DNA of 32,000 bases from Pyrodictium delaneyi (lineage in GTDB: Archaea; Thermoproteota; Thermoprotei_A; Sulfolobales; Pyrodictiaceae): positions 54,931 through 86,930 of the forward strand of contig NZ_CP013011.1 in NCBI RefSeq assembly GCF_001412615.1. Direction: 5' to 3'. Below the pieces are notes generated by a model. It made no database searches and was not told the origin of the DNA. It worked only from the letters and a program-made list of their open reading frames with translations. Positions 1 through 7,820 of this stretch are shown piece after piece. Position 1 is the first letter of the stretch. Each line of letters starts with the position of its first letter. A program made the position numbers and the translations under genes.

Positions 1-1073
1 GTACAGCACCAATGTACTTTATCTCAGGAAGCCCTAAGGTGTATGCGACACGGCCTACAGCACAGATGGCCAAGCTAATGCTAGAGGACTTCCTAAAGCT
101 CAATGGCTATTACTCACCATACGAGCATCGTGAGGTAAAGGCTCTACTTGATGCAGTAGAGTACGTCAGATACGGTCAGCGTATAGACATAGACGGAGTA
201 GAACTTTCAGTATATTCTGCCGGACATATTCCAGGTAGTACGTTTTCAGTAATAGACATAGATGGAGTCAAAATAGGGTTTACAGGGGATATAAACACAA
301 TAGAGACTAAACTAATGAAACCAGCACACCTTGATTCGATAGGCAAAGTAGATGTACTAATAACTGAAGCTACCTACGGTTCTAGTCTTCACCCGCCGCG
401 TGCCAGAGCCGAGGAGAGGCTACTCTCCATAATAGAAGAGGTTATTGATCGCAGAGGCACTGTACTCATACCAGCGTTTAGCATAGCAAGAGGACAAGAA
501 ATAATGATGATTCTCGCAGAACACGATCCCGGCGTACCTGTATATGTAGACGGTATGATTAGAAAAGTTACTGAGATATTCCTCGAGAATAGTGAGTATA
601 TCAACAACCCAAGCTTGCTACGCAAGGCTTTCAATGAGTTCAATATAGTTAAGGGATGGCGCGACCGTAACAGAGCCTGGAAACATCCTAGCATAATAAT
701 AGCGTCAGCCGGCATGCTAAAGGGAGGACCCAGCCTATACTACCTCAAGCGTATCGGTGGAAATCCTAAGAATGCCGTCATACTCGTTAGCTTCCAGGCA
801 CCGGGCTCTCATGGTCGCAGAGTTGTAGAGGAGGGACTAATGCCTGGCAGCGAAGAGCCTGTAAGAGCCCGTGTGGAATGGCTCGACTTTAGCAGTCATG
901 CAGACCGTAAAGGTCTCCTCGAAGTAGTTAAAGCTACCAAACCCAGAGAAGTAGTCATAATACATAGCGAAGAGGATGTAGCGCAAAAGTATGCAGAATA
1001 TCTGCAGGAAACCGGGGTACCAGAAAAAGTAGTAATAGGCGAAAATAACTCAGATATACCAATAGAATTATGA
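1..1073 (+). CDS. MBL-fold beta-CASP ribonuclease (aCPSF-like), 5' end outside window
   Basis: Track ORF 12..1073. The frame stays open back to nt 3, so the ATG at 12 is probably internal. The motif order SAGHIPGS ... LITEATYG ... FSSHAD ... VIIHSEE fits the late MBL motifs followed by beta-CASP motifs A-C. Confidence 0.7.
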   Translation, partial: TAPMYFISGSPKVYATRPTAQMAKLMLEDFLKLNGYYSPYEHREVKALLDAVEYVRYGQRIDIDGVELSVYSAGHIPGSTFSVIDIDGVKIGFTGDINTIETKLMKPAHLDSIGKVDVLITEATYGSSLHPPRARAEERLLSIIEEVIDRRGTVLIPAFSIARGQEIMMILAEHDPGVPVYVDGMIRKVTEIFLENSEYINNPSLLRKAFNEFNIVKGWRDRNRAWKHPSIIIASAGMLKGGPSLYYLKRIGGNPKNAVILVSFQAPGSHGRRVVEEGLMPGSEEPVRARVEWLDFSSHADRKGLLEVVKATKPREVVIIHSEEDVAQKYAEYLQETGVPEKVVIGENNSDIPIEL

Positions 1074-1211
1074 CAGAGCCAATAATGCTTTCAGCTAAAT
1101 ATCTTATTAAAGCCTTAGAAGCAAAGCAGTACAAACCTTTGTGGCTAATTCTCCAGGATGGAAATTGAGTTGATACCGTTAGGCAAGGTATTAGGAGGGA
1201 GGCCCGGGCGG

Positions 1212-1371
1212 TGGTCCCGCCGCGGGGATTCGAACCCCGGACCGCCCGGTATCTGCCTCCCAGGCCCCCGATGCCGACGCGCCCTCATCCAGCCCCCGTC
1301 GGGGGTGTCGGGCGCGTGGGGGGCCTGAGCCCCACCTACAGCCGGGCGCTCTGCCGCTGAGCTACGGCGGG
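1212..1371 (-). tRNA. tRNA-Tyr(GUA) with 85-nt intron, CCA encoded
   Basis: Hand-folded cloverleaf on the minus strand. Acceptor CCCGCCG/CGGCGGG (C1:G72, the archaeal Tyr identity pair); D arm GCTC-AGCGGCA-GAGC; anticodon stem CCCGG/CCGGG with loop CU-GUA-GA; T arm CGGGG-TTCGAAT-CCCCG; discriminator A plus CCA. Exons are 1336..1371 and 1212..1250. Confidence 0.85.
1251..1335 (-). other. tRNA-Tyr intron (after position 37), GC-rich rod with K-turn-like internal loop
   Basis: The intron reads GTGGGGCTCAGGCCCCCCACGCGCCCGACACCCCCGACGGGGGCTGGATGAGGGCGCGTCGGCATCGGGGGCCTGGGAGGCAGAT. Helices by eye: CAGGCCCCC/GGGGGCCTG, ACGCGCCC/GGGCGCGT and CCCCC/GGGGG. The central BHB helix would be CUGU/GCAG. Confidence 0.75.
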
Positions 1372-1450
1372 ATCCCCAGTGGACCGCCATGTATACTCCG
1401 GCAAGACGAGAAGGCGTTTTAAAAGATTTCTCATATCGTAGCATCTTAGT

Positions 1451-2296
1451 CTAGTATATATGTACACACGGAGTAAATTTGCTAGCATACTCTCTGTCGG
1501 TGGTTATGACGTAGCATTGGTCGATGTTGTAGTCTTTTACTATTCTGACTATAAGATGTGGGGGGAGATCAATAGGCTCTACTAGTATTAGTATGTCAGG
1601 TCTAAACTCTTCTAATGCACTAATAACGCCAATGAGTTTATCGCTAACATATAATCTATCTCCTAGATATTTGACAATAACGTGTTTGTTATTCAAAGAA
1701 TCTGTAAGAATGTTCTTCATATCAACAACTAGCGATATAGTATCTCTATTAATTGTGTCCAGAATTTGATTAACAATAGACTGTATATTGTTATGTTTAC
1801 CAAGTATAGCGCAGCATCTGTCTATATTATGAACTGTACCATCGCTATTACATACTGTTGCCTTTATACTGCTTGTATACATATTTATTATTCTAACGAT
1901 ATCTTCATATGATAAAGAAGATGCCTCAATATATAGTCGGGCCCTTGGAGGTATACCTTCTATGACATAGGTTACACGTTTAGAAGAAAACGAAAGCCTG
2001 CGTAGTATATGCTCAAGATTCCTTGTATCATTTGTCAAGACAGTTTTAGGTACTATACGCGAAGATCTTAACTCTATGCAGAGAATATCACGTCTTTTCC
2101 AAAAATGGTAAACTAGTATAGCGATAAGGATTGTGAGTGCGTAAGGGAGTAGTAGAGAGTCAGCGTGTATGTTTATGGTGGGCAGTATCTTATGTAAGGA
2201 GAGGCCTAGCCCGTTTGCTAGCAGTAAGATACTTGCAACTAAAAGAAGTATGGCTGGTCTTGGCATATTATGAAGCTTCCCTAGTATTTCGCGCAA
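1451..2296 (-). CDS. hypothetical membrane-anchored protein (2 N-terminal TM segments), low-GC ORFan
   Basis: Track ORF of 281 aa. Hydrophobic segments PAILLLVASILLLANGLGLSL and LLLPYALTILIAILVYHFW are followed by a soluble domain of about 200 aa with no motif I recognise. One 60-nt line counted by hand (1681-1740) gives 32% G+C. Confidence 0.6.
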   Translation of the reverse strand: MREILGKLHNMPRPAILLLVASILLLANGLGLSLHKILPTINIHADSLLLPYALTILIAILVYHFWKRRDILCIELRSSRIVPKTVLTNDTRNLEHILRRLSFSSKRVTYVIEGIPPRARLYIEASSLSYEDIVRIINMYTSSIKATVCNSDGTVHNIDRCCAILGKHNNIQSIVNQILDTINRDTISLVVDMKNILTDSLNNKHVIVKYLGDRLYVSDKLIGVISALEEFRPDILILVEPIDLPPHLIVRIVKDYNIDQCYVITTDREYASKFTPCVHIY

Positions 2297-2407
2297 TGAT
2301 TAGTGCAGCATAAGGCTGGCAGAGGCAAGCGAAGCTTTTTTCTTCAAAAGCCTTCTGCTAAACTACAGAGGCGAAGGATAAGACATGAAATAAAGCTAAA
2401 CTATATT

Positions 2408-2794
2408 TCAGAGTTTCGAGATTTTTATATAGATTTTCTCAATTGGATTAATATCAAGTTTTTCCTTAGACCTTATAATGAATAGCAAACCGCCTATAGA
2501 CACTAGAACAGCAAATTTGCCGTCTTCTTCCTTCATTGATACAACAGTGCCGTAGCCGACGAAGTCTTCACCCTCCTTATACTCGGGTATATCCTTTGAT
2601 ATGGTTACCTCAACTTCAGTTCCGGGCTCGTATATCACTAGGTCTTTATGGAGGTCCATCTCTACCTCATAGTCGCCGTCAAAGCTCTTTATTTTTGCTA
2701 GGAACATCTTTGGTATAAGTTCTGGCTCTAACGACTCAACTTTACCTTTAAATTCTACTATGATATCTGCCAACTCTGTATTACACCCTAGCAT
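2408..2794 (-). CDS. rpo8: RNA polymerase subunit Rpo8 (RpoG)
   Basis: 128 aa. The central DFVGYGTVV ... AVLVSIGGLLFIIRSKEKL resembles the Sulfolobus Rpo8 pattern FCGHGYIV ... ISLFGLLVKIISNKE, recalled from memory. Confidence 0.65.
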   Translation of the reverse strand: MLGCNTELADIIVEFKGKVESLEPELIPKMFLAKIKSFDGDYEVEMDLHKDLVIYEPGTEVEVTISKDIPEYKEGEDFVGYGTVVSMKEEDGKFAVLVSIGGLLFIIRSKEKLDINPIEKIYIKISKL

Positions 2795-2912
2795 AGCCTC
2801 TACACTTACGGAGATAAAACTCTACACTCTATGTTCTCGGTCTTGCCTATAACCTGGATAGCCGTATTTAAAAATCCCATTACCTGTACTGAAGTGATAC
2901 GGTGCAGAAGTA

Positions 2913-3371
2913 GTGGCTTCCGTAATGGCTCCTTCTGCAGCTAGACGGCTACTTGCCGAGCTAAACAACCTAGTAGGGAAACGTATCGAGGTAGTACTCG
3001 TTGATGGACGTAAATATTCTGGGACGCTTCTAGGCTTTGATCATCCGGAGATGAATATAGTGCTTGGCAATGTTGAAATAGGTGAGGAAAGGATACCAAG
3101 AATATTCATAATGGGGCGGGTAATAGCTGAGATAAGAGCGTATGAGACGACACTCTTCGATCCACGTGAGTTTGCAAACTATGTGGCAAAGAAGCTTGGT
3201 TTACGTCCCGACGCTATAAAGGTATTCCAAGACGCGGGTGTAGTAGTCATATACAATAGTATCCGCGTAACCGCGAATGGCGTAGAGGGTGCAGGACCAC
3301 TCGTAGCAAAAGTAAGCTACGTGCTCAAAGAGTATCTTGAAGCTAAGAGGAGGGGAGAACAGCCCCATTGA
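2913..3371 (+). CDS. Sm-like protein with C-terminal extension (SmAP3-type)
   Basis: Sm fold signature LVGKRIEVVLVDGRKYSGTLLGFDHPEMNIVLGNV followed by about 70 extra residues. The start is GTG 2913 or ATG 2925. Confidence 0.65.
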   Translation: MASVMAPSAARRLLAELNNLVGKRIEVVLVDGRKYSGTLLGFDHPEMNIVLGNVEIGEERIPRIFIMGRVIAEIRAYETTLFDPREFANYVAKKLGLRPDAIKVFQDAGVVVIYNSIRVTANGVEGAGPLVAKVSYVLKEYLEAKRRGEQPH

Positions 3372-4936
3372 ATAGGATAGGAGTTTTTGAAATAAAGGAT
3401 AAAGATCTAGCTGGGAGAATAGGTAAGCTCTACACACCCCATGGTATACTAGAGACTCCAGCACTACTACCTGTTATAGACATAGTACGCCAGGAAGTCT
3501 CTATCAAGGAAATAGAGTCTCTAGGCTTCAATGCAGTAATTACTAACGCCTATCTGCTATGGAAACGCATGAGAAGTAGAGCTGTAGAACAAGGAGTACA
3601 CGGCATACTAGGATTCAATGGAATAATAATGACGGACTCCGGTGCATACCAGATACTACAATACGGCAGGGTGAGTATAACACCTGGCGATGTTATCGAC
3701 TTCCAGAAAAAGATAGGTAGTGATATAGCTGTAATTCTAGACATACCTACCGGAAATACTAAAGATCCCGAACAGGCGCGATACAGCGTTGAAGAGACGC
3801 TGAGACGTGCACGCGAAGCCCTTAGCTATATAGATGATAACAGAATATGGACACTCCCCGTGCAAGGAGGCCCCTTCCTTGATCTCCTTGAGAAAAGTGC
3901 TAGAGAATCGGCACAGATGTCTCGCTACAGACTTTATGCATTGGGAAGCCCTACAGTACTTCTAGAAAGATATGATTACGCAACCCTAGTAGAAATGATA
4001 TACACTGTACGCCTCCATCTGCCTAGAAGCAGGCCACTCCATCTCTTCGGAGCAGGGCATCCAATGATAATACCATTTGCAGTAGCACTCGGGGTGGATA
4101 TGTTCGATTCGGCATCTTACATACTGTACGCGCGAGACAACAGGTATATGACTCTAAGCAGAACATACCGGCTCGACGAGCTAGAATATTTCCCTTGCAG
4201 CTGTCCAGTATGCACTAGGTACACGCCACAAGACCTCCGAGAAATGCCAAAGCAAGAGCGTACCCGGCTCATAGCGCTGCACAACCTCTATGTACTCCGG
4301 ACAGCTATAAACGAGGTAAAGACAGCTATACGTGAGGGGAGGCTGTGGGAGCTATTAGAGGAGAGAAGCAAGGCGCATCCATCACTGGCTAGAGCTTTTA
4401 GCCGGTTCCGCCGCTACAGCAAGACGCTAGCGAGGTTGACACCCAGGGTAAAAGGCTCAACAGCGAAAGGCATCTTCCTATATGGCGGTGAGAGTGTGTT
4501 TCACCCAAAACTAGTCATTCATCACGAGCGGTTATTAAGCTACTATAGACCTAGAAAAAGTAAAGCAATATTAATACCTGTACACCCATTAGAAAAACCA
4601 TTTACAACTTCAAGGCTCTACCGTATGGCAATAGAGGAGTATGGAGCTGATGCACATATAGTAGGGTATAGCATATACATAGGTGTTATACCAGAGGAGC
4701 TCGCCGAAACATATCCATTATCACAATACGAATTAAATGATACGCCATATATAGAAGTAATAGAGCAAACAGCACATCGCATATATGAATATATACAAAA
4801 GAACAGTGGCGTCTATAGAAGTATAGTAATAATGAAATGCGGCAAGCTGCAGTGGAGCGCTAAAGTAGTGGAAAGATTGGTAGACATGCTAAAAGGAGAA
4901 GGTATCGTAGTAGAAATTAAGGAGCATGAATGTTAG
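3368..4936 (+). CDS. tgtA: archaeosine tRNA-guanine transglycosylase (arcTGT)
   Basis: N-terminus FEIKDKDLAGRIGKLYTPHGILETPALLPV, DSGAYQ, and the zinc motif CSCPVC...ALHNL. The TTG start overlaps the upstream stop (cattga). Confidence 0.85.
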   Translation: MNRIGVFEIKDKDLAGRIGKLYTPHGILETPALLPVIDIVRQEVSIKEIESLGFNAVITNAYLLWKRMRSRAVEQGVHGILGFNGIIMTDSGAYQILQYGRVSITPGDVIDFQKKIGSDIAVILDIPTGNTKDPEQARYSVEETLRRAREALSYIDDNRIWTLPVQGGPFLDLLEKSARESAQMSRYRLYALGSPTVLLERYDYATLVEMIYTVRLHLPRSRPLHLFGAGHPMIIPFAVALGVDMFDSASYILYARDNRYMTLSRTYRLDELEYFPCSCPVCTRYTPQDLREMPKQERTRLIALHNLYVLRTAINEVKTAIREGRLWELLEERSKAHPSLARAFSRFRRYSKTLARLTPRVKGSTAKGIFLYGGESVFHPKLVIHHERLLSYYRPRKSKAILIPVHPLEKPFTTSRLYRMAIEEYGADAHIVGYSIYIGVIPEELAETYPLSQYELNDTPYIEVIEQTAHRIYEYIQKNSGVYRSIVIMKCGKLQWSAKVVERLVDMLKGEGIVVEIKEHEC

Positions 4937-4943
4937 GATCAGC

Positions 4944-5726
4944 CTACATGTATGCTCGCTCGCTGCTCGGCGGTGTCAACATATCACGCTGTTGCTGTTC
5001 CATCATTGTGATCATCTCCTCTATTTTCCTTGCTTGTTCTAGTAACTCGTCTATACTGAACTTCAAGCCGTACAACTCGTTTATCTTCTCTATAGCCGCT
5101 GCGGCAGCTCTCGGGTCCGGGCGGGCAGCCTCGGTATAGGGTAACACTGCAAGTGCTGGATAACCTCTCACCTCTGCATGGAAGAGAAGCAACGCTAAGG
5201 GACCAACAACGTAAAGACCTTTATCCATGCGTGGCTCCTCCAGGCTACGTGTATAGGCTGATGTAGCTACCCAGCGAAGTTTTTCATCACCTTGCTTAAA
5301 CCGTGAATCAAATCCTCCTATGAGCACGGCTTCCTTAACACCTATAGTAGCTAGGAAATCAACTATAGCCTCAGCAAATCGGCTACGCTCTTGTACTACA
5401 GGTATATCGTGGTTAACTAGTAGCGCTATACGTTTTCCATTATTGTTACAACTATATAGGGTGAAGGGGCCTACAACGCCATTCGAGCTAGGTGTAACAG
5501 CTTCCGGCATGTACTTCGTTATAATATAGCCAGCCTCCTTGCATTCAGCGGTATCAGCTAGATGTAGTGTTGCAATATACCCGACGGCACCGTACCCCTT
5601 AAACCCTGTTATGAAGAGGTCTGCATTCTCAAGCTCACTGGAATAGGCTATTCTGATTGTTTTAAACTTGTGTATGTTAAACCGGCTCACTATCTCACAC
5701 CTCTGGTGAATCATGCTACTCGGCAA
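4944..5726 (-). CDS. PAC2-family (proteasome assembly chaperone-like) protein
   Basis: LFITGFKGYGAVGYIATLHL is typical of the PAC2/COG1938 family. The track start is TTG 5726; an alternative ATG lies at 5714. Confidence 0.6.
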   Translation of the reverse strand: MPSSMIHQRCEIVSRFNIHKFKTIRIAYSSELENADLFITGFKGYGAVGYIATLHLADTAECKEAGYIITKYMPEAVTPSSNGVVGPFTLYSCNNNGKRIALLVNHDIPVVQERSRFAEAIVDFLATIGVKEAVLIGGFDSRFKQGDEKLRWVATSAYTRSLEEPRMDKGLYVVGPLALLLFHAEVRGYPALAVLPYTEAARPDPRAAAAAIEKINELYGLKFSIDELLEQARKIEEMITMMEQQQRDMLTPPSSERAYM

Positions 5727-5728
5727 AC

Positions 5729-6190
5729 TTACGTATACGTATAGCCTCCCCCCCAGCAGCCTTCTTCGAGGACCTCCGTGGGGGCGAGGCGGAGCCTACC
5801 AACACCAATCAAAATACCGTCCTCGTTTAGTACTATAACTTCGTCTCCTGCTAGGAGATTAGTATCTATACGCTTAATCATAGTGCATGGTATGCTCTTA
5901 CGTAGACTCTCGATGCCCGGAACCGATATCCATGCGCGAAGCCGTGGCTCTGGCAGACGGAGAAGTCTACGAGCACCATTTATAGATAGCGAGAACAAGT
6001 AGTCATGTGCACGAATTACTGCTAGTAAGCCCTCCTTGCCGTATACCTCGCGGATTCTCCGAGTACCCGGAGAAATGCCAACAACCACATCATCGGGTAT
6101 AAGCAGGTCACCAGCTGGATAGCCAAACTGGTAGTCAGCAATGCCCTTGAGCCTATCTATTTCCTCCTGGGTAGCTGGCCTCACTATCAT
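5729..6190 (-). CDS. PUA-domain RNA-binding protein
   Basis: N-terminal IADYQFG motif and a C-terminal PUA-like stretch LLAGDEVIVLNEDGILIGVGRLRLAP. Confidence 0.6.
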   Translation of the reverse strand: MIVRPATQEEIDRLKGIADYQFGYPAGDLLIPDDVVVGISPGTRRIREVYGKEGLLAVIRAHDYLFSLSINGARRLLRLPEPRLRAWISVPGIESLRKSIPCTMIKRIDTNLLAGDEVIVLNEDGILIGVGRLRLAPTEVLEEGCWGGGYTYT

Positions 6191-6280
6191 CCCTGGATAA
6201 CCTCCACCTTCTCACATACCTAAAGCCATGGAGAAGCATGTCATCTATGATCCCAGGTATGGGTTTTAAGAAGTAAGGCA

Positions 6281-6405
6281 TGGTGGGCCCGCCGGGATTT
6301 GAACCCGGGACCACGGGGTCCCGAGTCGGGCACATCCCCGCCCTCATACGGTTTTCGGGCGGGGATATGTGTACCCCGCATCCTACCAAGCTAGACGACG
6401 GGCCC
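6281..6405 (-). tRNA. tRNA-Pro(CGG) with 48-nt non-canonical intron, CCA encoded
   Basis: Acceptor GGGCCCG/CGGGCCC; D arm GTCT-AGCTTGGTA-GGAT; anticodon stem CGGGG/CCCCG; loop CU-CGG-GA; T arm CCGGG-TTCAAAT-CCCGG; discriminator A plus CCA. The intron sits between the 5' strand of the anticodon stem and the loop. Confidence 0.8.
6326..6373 (-). other. tRNA-Pro intron at position 31/32 (or 32/33)
   Basis: The intron reads TACACATATCCCCGCCCGAAAACCGTATGAGGGCGGGGATGTGCCCGA. A relaxed BHB is visible: a 4-bp helix CGGG(27-30)/CCCG, 3-nt bulges G-TA and A-CT, then helix CACAT/ATGTG. A shift of one nt does not change the anticodon. Confidence 0.7.
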
Positions 6406-6565
6406 ACCCAGCGCCTCCTAGCCCCATCTCGGCTCTTGAAACTTTGTGTGCAGTATTATTTGCGTTTCTGGGGTTGGCTATAATATCCAGAAATGTTCTC
6501 GAAGCAAGAGTAGTCGTAGTGGCTAGCTACCGTCTCTTGATAGACCTTTTGTTCAGTGAATTTTT

Positions 6566-6961
6566 ATGAGAGTAAGGAGGTTATCTCGAATAGGAGTAAG
6601 TGATATGCCGGCGAATGCAACGGATATAGGGTCTGTACTTGGCTTAGTTGAACTAATTCAGACAAATCCTCAACTGGCTGTGGCTATAATACTGCAACTT
6701 CTCCTAGGATTTGCTGCCGGCTACTATATGGCTAAGGTAGCGAAATACGTGCTAGCACTGGTTGGTGTATTTGTTCTAGGTTCACTTATAGGTGTCTGGG
6801 GCGCCTCAGGGAGCGTTCAGGATGCGGTAGCGAGGCTACAGAACTTAGCCGAATTTAAGGATACGGCAATAAGCATAATGAAACTATTCAGCTTCTTAAT
6901 GGTGGGCCCAACAGCTGTGGGCTTCATTGTGGGAATAATTGTGGGTCTAACGCGTAAATAA
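6566..6961 (+). CDS. small integral membrane protein (3-4 TM)
   Basis: Gly/Ala-rich hydrophobic helices (LLLGFAAGYYMAKVAKYVLALVGVFVLGSLIGVWG; FLMVGPTAVGFIVGIIVGL). The more likely start is ATG 6605 (MPANAT...). Confidence 0.6.
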   Translation: MRVRRLSRIGVSDMPANATDIGSVLGLVELIQTNPQLAVAIILQLLLGFAAGYYMAKVAKYVLALVGVFVLGSLIGVWGASGSVQDAVARLQNLAEFKDTAISIMKLFSFLMVGPTAVGFIVGIIVGLTRK

Positions 6962-7283
6962 ATAGTGTTAGATCCCTCTATACGTGGTTTTCTTCCAAAT
7001 GAATGTTTTTGTCGAGCGGAGTCATGATTGTCGAGTCTTAAGTGTCCTGGAAGCAACTTAATCATTCCGATTAACTGTACGTGGCTTCCTATCACTAACA
7101 GTATAAAGAACGATATAACTGTGTGTATGGCTGAAGATCAAGCGTAGTCTGATATGTGAAATATTCTAGAGTTGAAGCATCTATGACCCTAGGAACTCAA
7201 TGTCAACTGAAGGCTTAGCGAAGAAGATAGAATCTTAGGGCAGGTATCTTAGAGTTGAGCCGGGCAAGAAACAAGGTTAGTGG

Positions 7284-7550
7284 TTATATCTTGTCTTGGA
7301 GCTCGTTATCAAGTACCACTAGGTTCTTACACTTGTCCTTTATGGACTTTACAAACTCGATGCCTTCGTCAACGTTATCGAATACTATAGTGTATAGGTA
7401 GCGGGGAGTCCTAGCCTTTACTTTCAGTACGCGTATCCTCTTAGAGCCTTCTTCCGTGTCAACTCTCCTATAGCCTAGCTTTACACGGCATTCGGTAGAC
7501 CGTTCAAGCACCTTGACAAACTCGTCCTTGCTCTTCAGCTCGACCGGCAT
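7284..7550 (-). CDS. rpl38e: ribosomal protein L38e (eL38)
   Basis: 88 aa. EFVKVLERS...RVLKVKARTPRYLYTIVFDNVDEG matches the eL38 pattern ...KFKVRCSRYLYTLVI..., recalled from memory. Confidence 0.7.
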   Translation of the reverse strand: MPVELKSKDEFVKVLERSTECRVKLGYRRVDTEEGSKRIRVLKVKARTPRYLYTIVFDNVDEGIEFVKSIKDKCKNLVVLDNELQDKI

Positions 7551-7744
7551 ACTCCAGCCCCGAGCCGCTTCGGAAGGCTAGGCTCCTCTTAAAGGGGCTT
7601 CTCCCCGGCCTCCTCTAGAGAGGACCTGAGTACTAACTATTCATACGACATTATTGCTTTTGAGCTGATACAAACTTGGTGAGAGAATGAATTAATGAAT
7701 GTAATGTTGTTGTGGGTGATACAGGGGTAGGAGAAGGCCCGCGG

Positions 7745-7820
7745 TGGAGCCGCCGCCGGGATTCGAACCCGGGACCTCCGCCTTACCAGGGCGGCGCTCT
7801 GCCGGCTGAGCTACGGCGGC
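7745..7820 (-). tRNA. tRNA-Thr(GGU), intron-less, CCA encoded; integration target
   Basis: GCCGCCG-TA-GCTC-AGCCGGCA-GAGC-G-CCGCC-CTGGTAA-GGCGG-AGGTC-CCGGG-TTCGAAT-CCCGG-CGGCGGC-T-CCA. This is a perfect 76-nt cloverleaf. Confidence 0.9.
7776..7820. repeat. attL core (45 bp, equals nt 1-45 of tRNA-Thr)
   Basis: CTCCGCCTTACCAGGGCGGCGCTCTGCCGGCTGAGCTACGGCGGC, identical base for base to 22015-22059. The flanking bases differ (c/g on the left, g/a on the right). Confidence 0.95.

Noticed and set aside
1145-1444. ORFs overlapping tRNA genes: 1145..1444, 6153..6407, 6280..6483, 6369..6569 and 7712..7906.
   Set aside because: They are explained by G+C-rich tRNA and intron sequence. Their translations are Pro/Gly/Arg-rich and have no coding context.
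2316-2333. ggctggcagaggcaagcg resembles the D-arm of tRNA-Tyr (gcggcagagcgc), considered as a possible att remnant for the low-GC islet.
   Set aside because: The match is short and imperfect, and it is in the opposite orientation to the tRNA. It is compatible with chance.
2303-2718. Plus-strand ORFs 2303..2485 and 2536..2718. Other short antisense ORFs include 389..715, 3201..3464, 3550..3744, 4930..5139, 5320..5529, 5778..6002, 23679..24166, 26286..26573, 27277..27522, 28336..29035, 29948..30235 and 30914..31609.
   Set aside because: Each lies antisense to, or overlaps, a well-supported conserved gene and has an implausible composition. I treat them as non-coding.
7692-7775. The C-terminal 29 codons of track ORF 7692..8039 (...VPGSNPGGGSTAGLLLPLYHPQQHYIH).
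   Set aside because: This part is read-through into the 3' half of the tRNA-Thr gene and host DNA created by integration. It is not a genuine protein domain.
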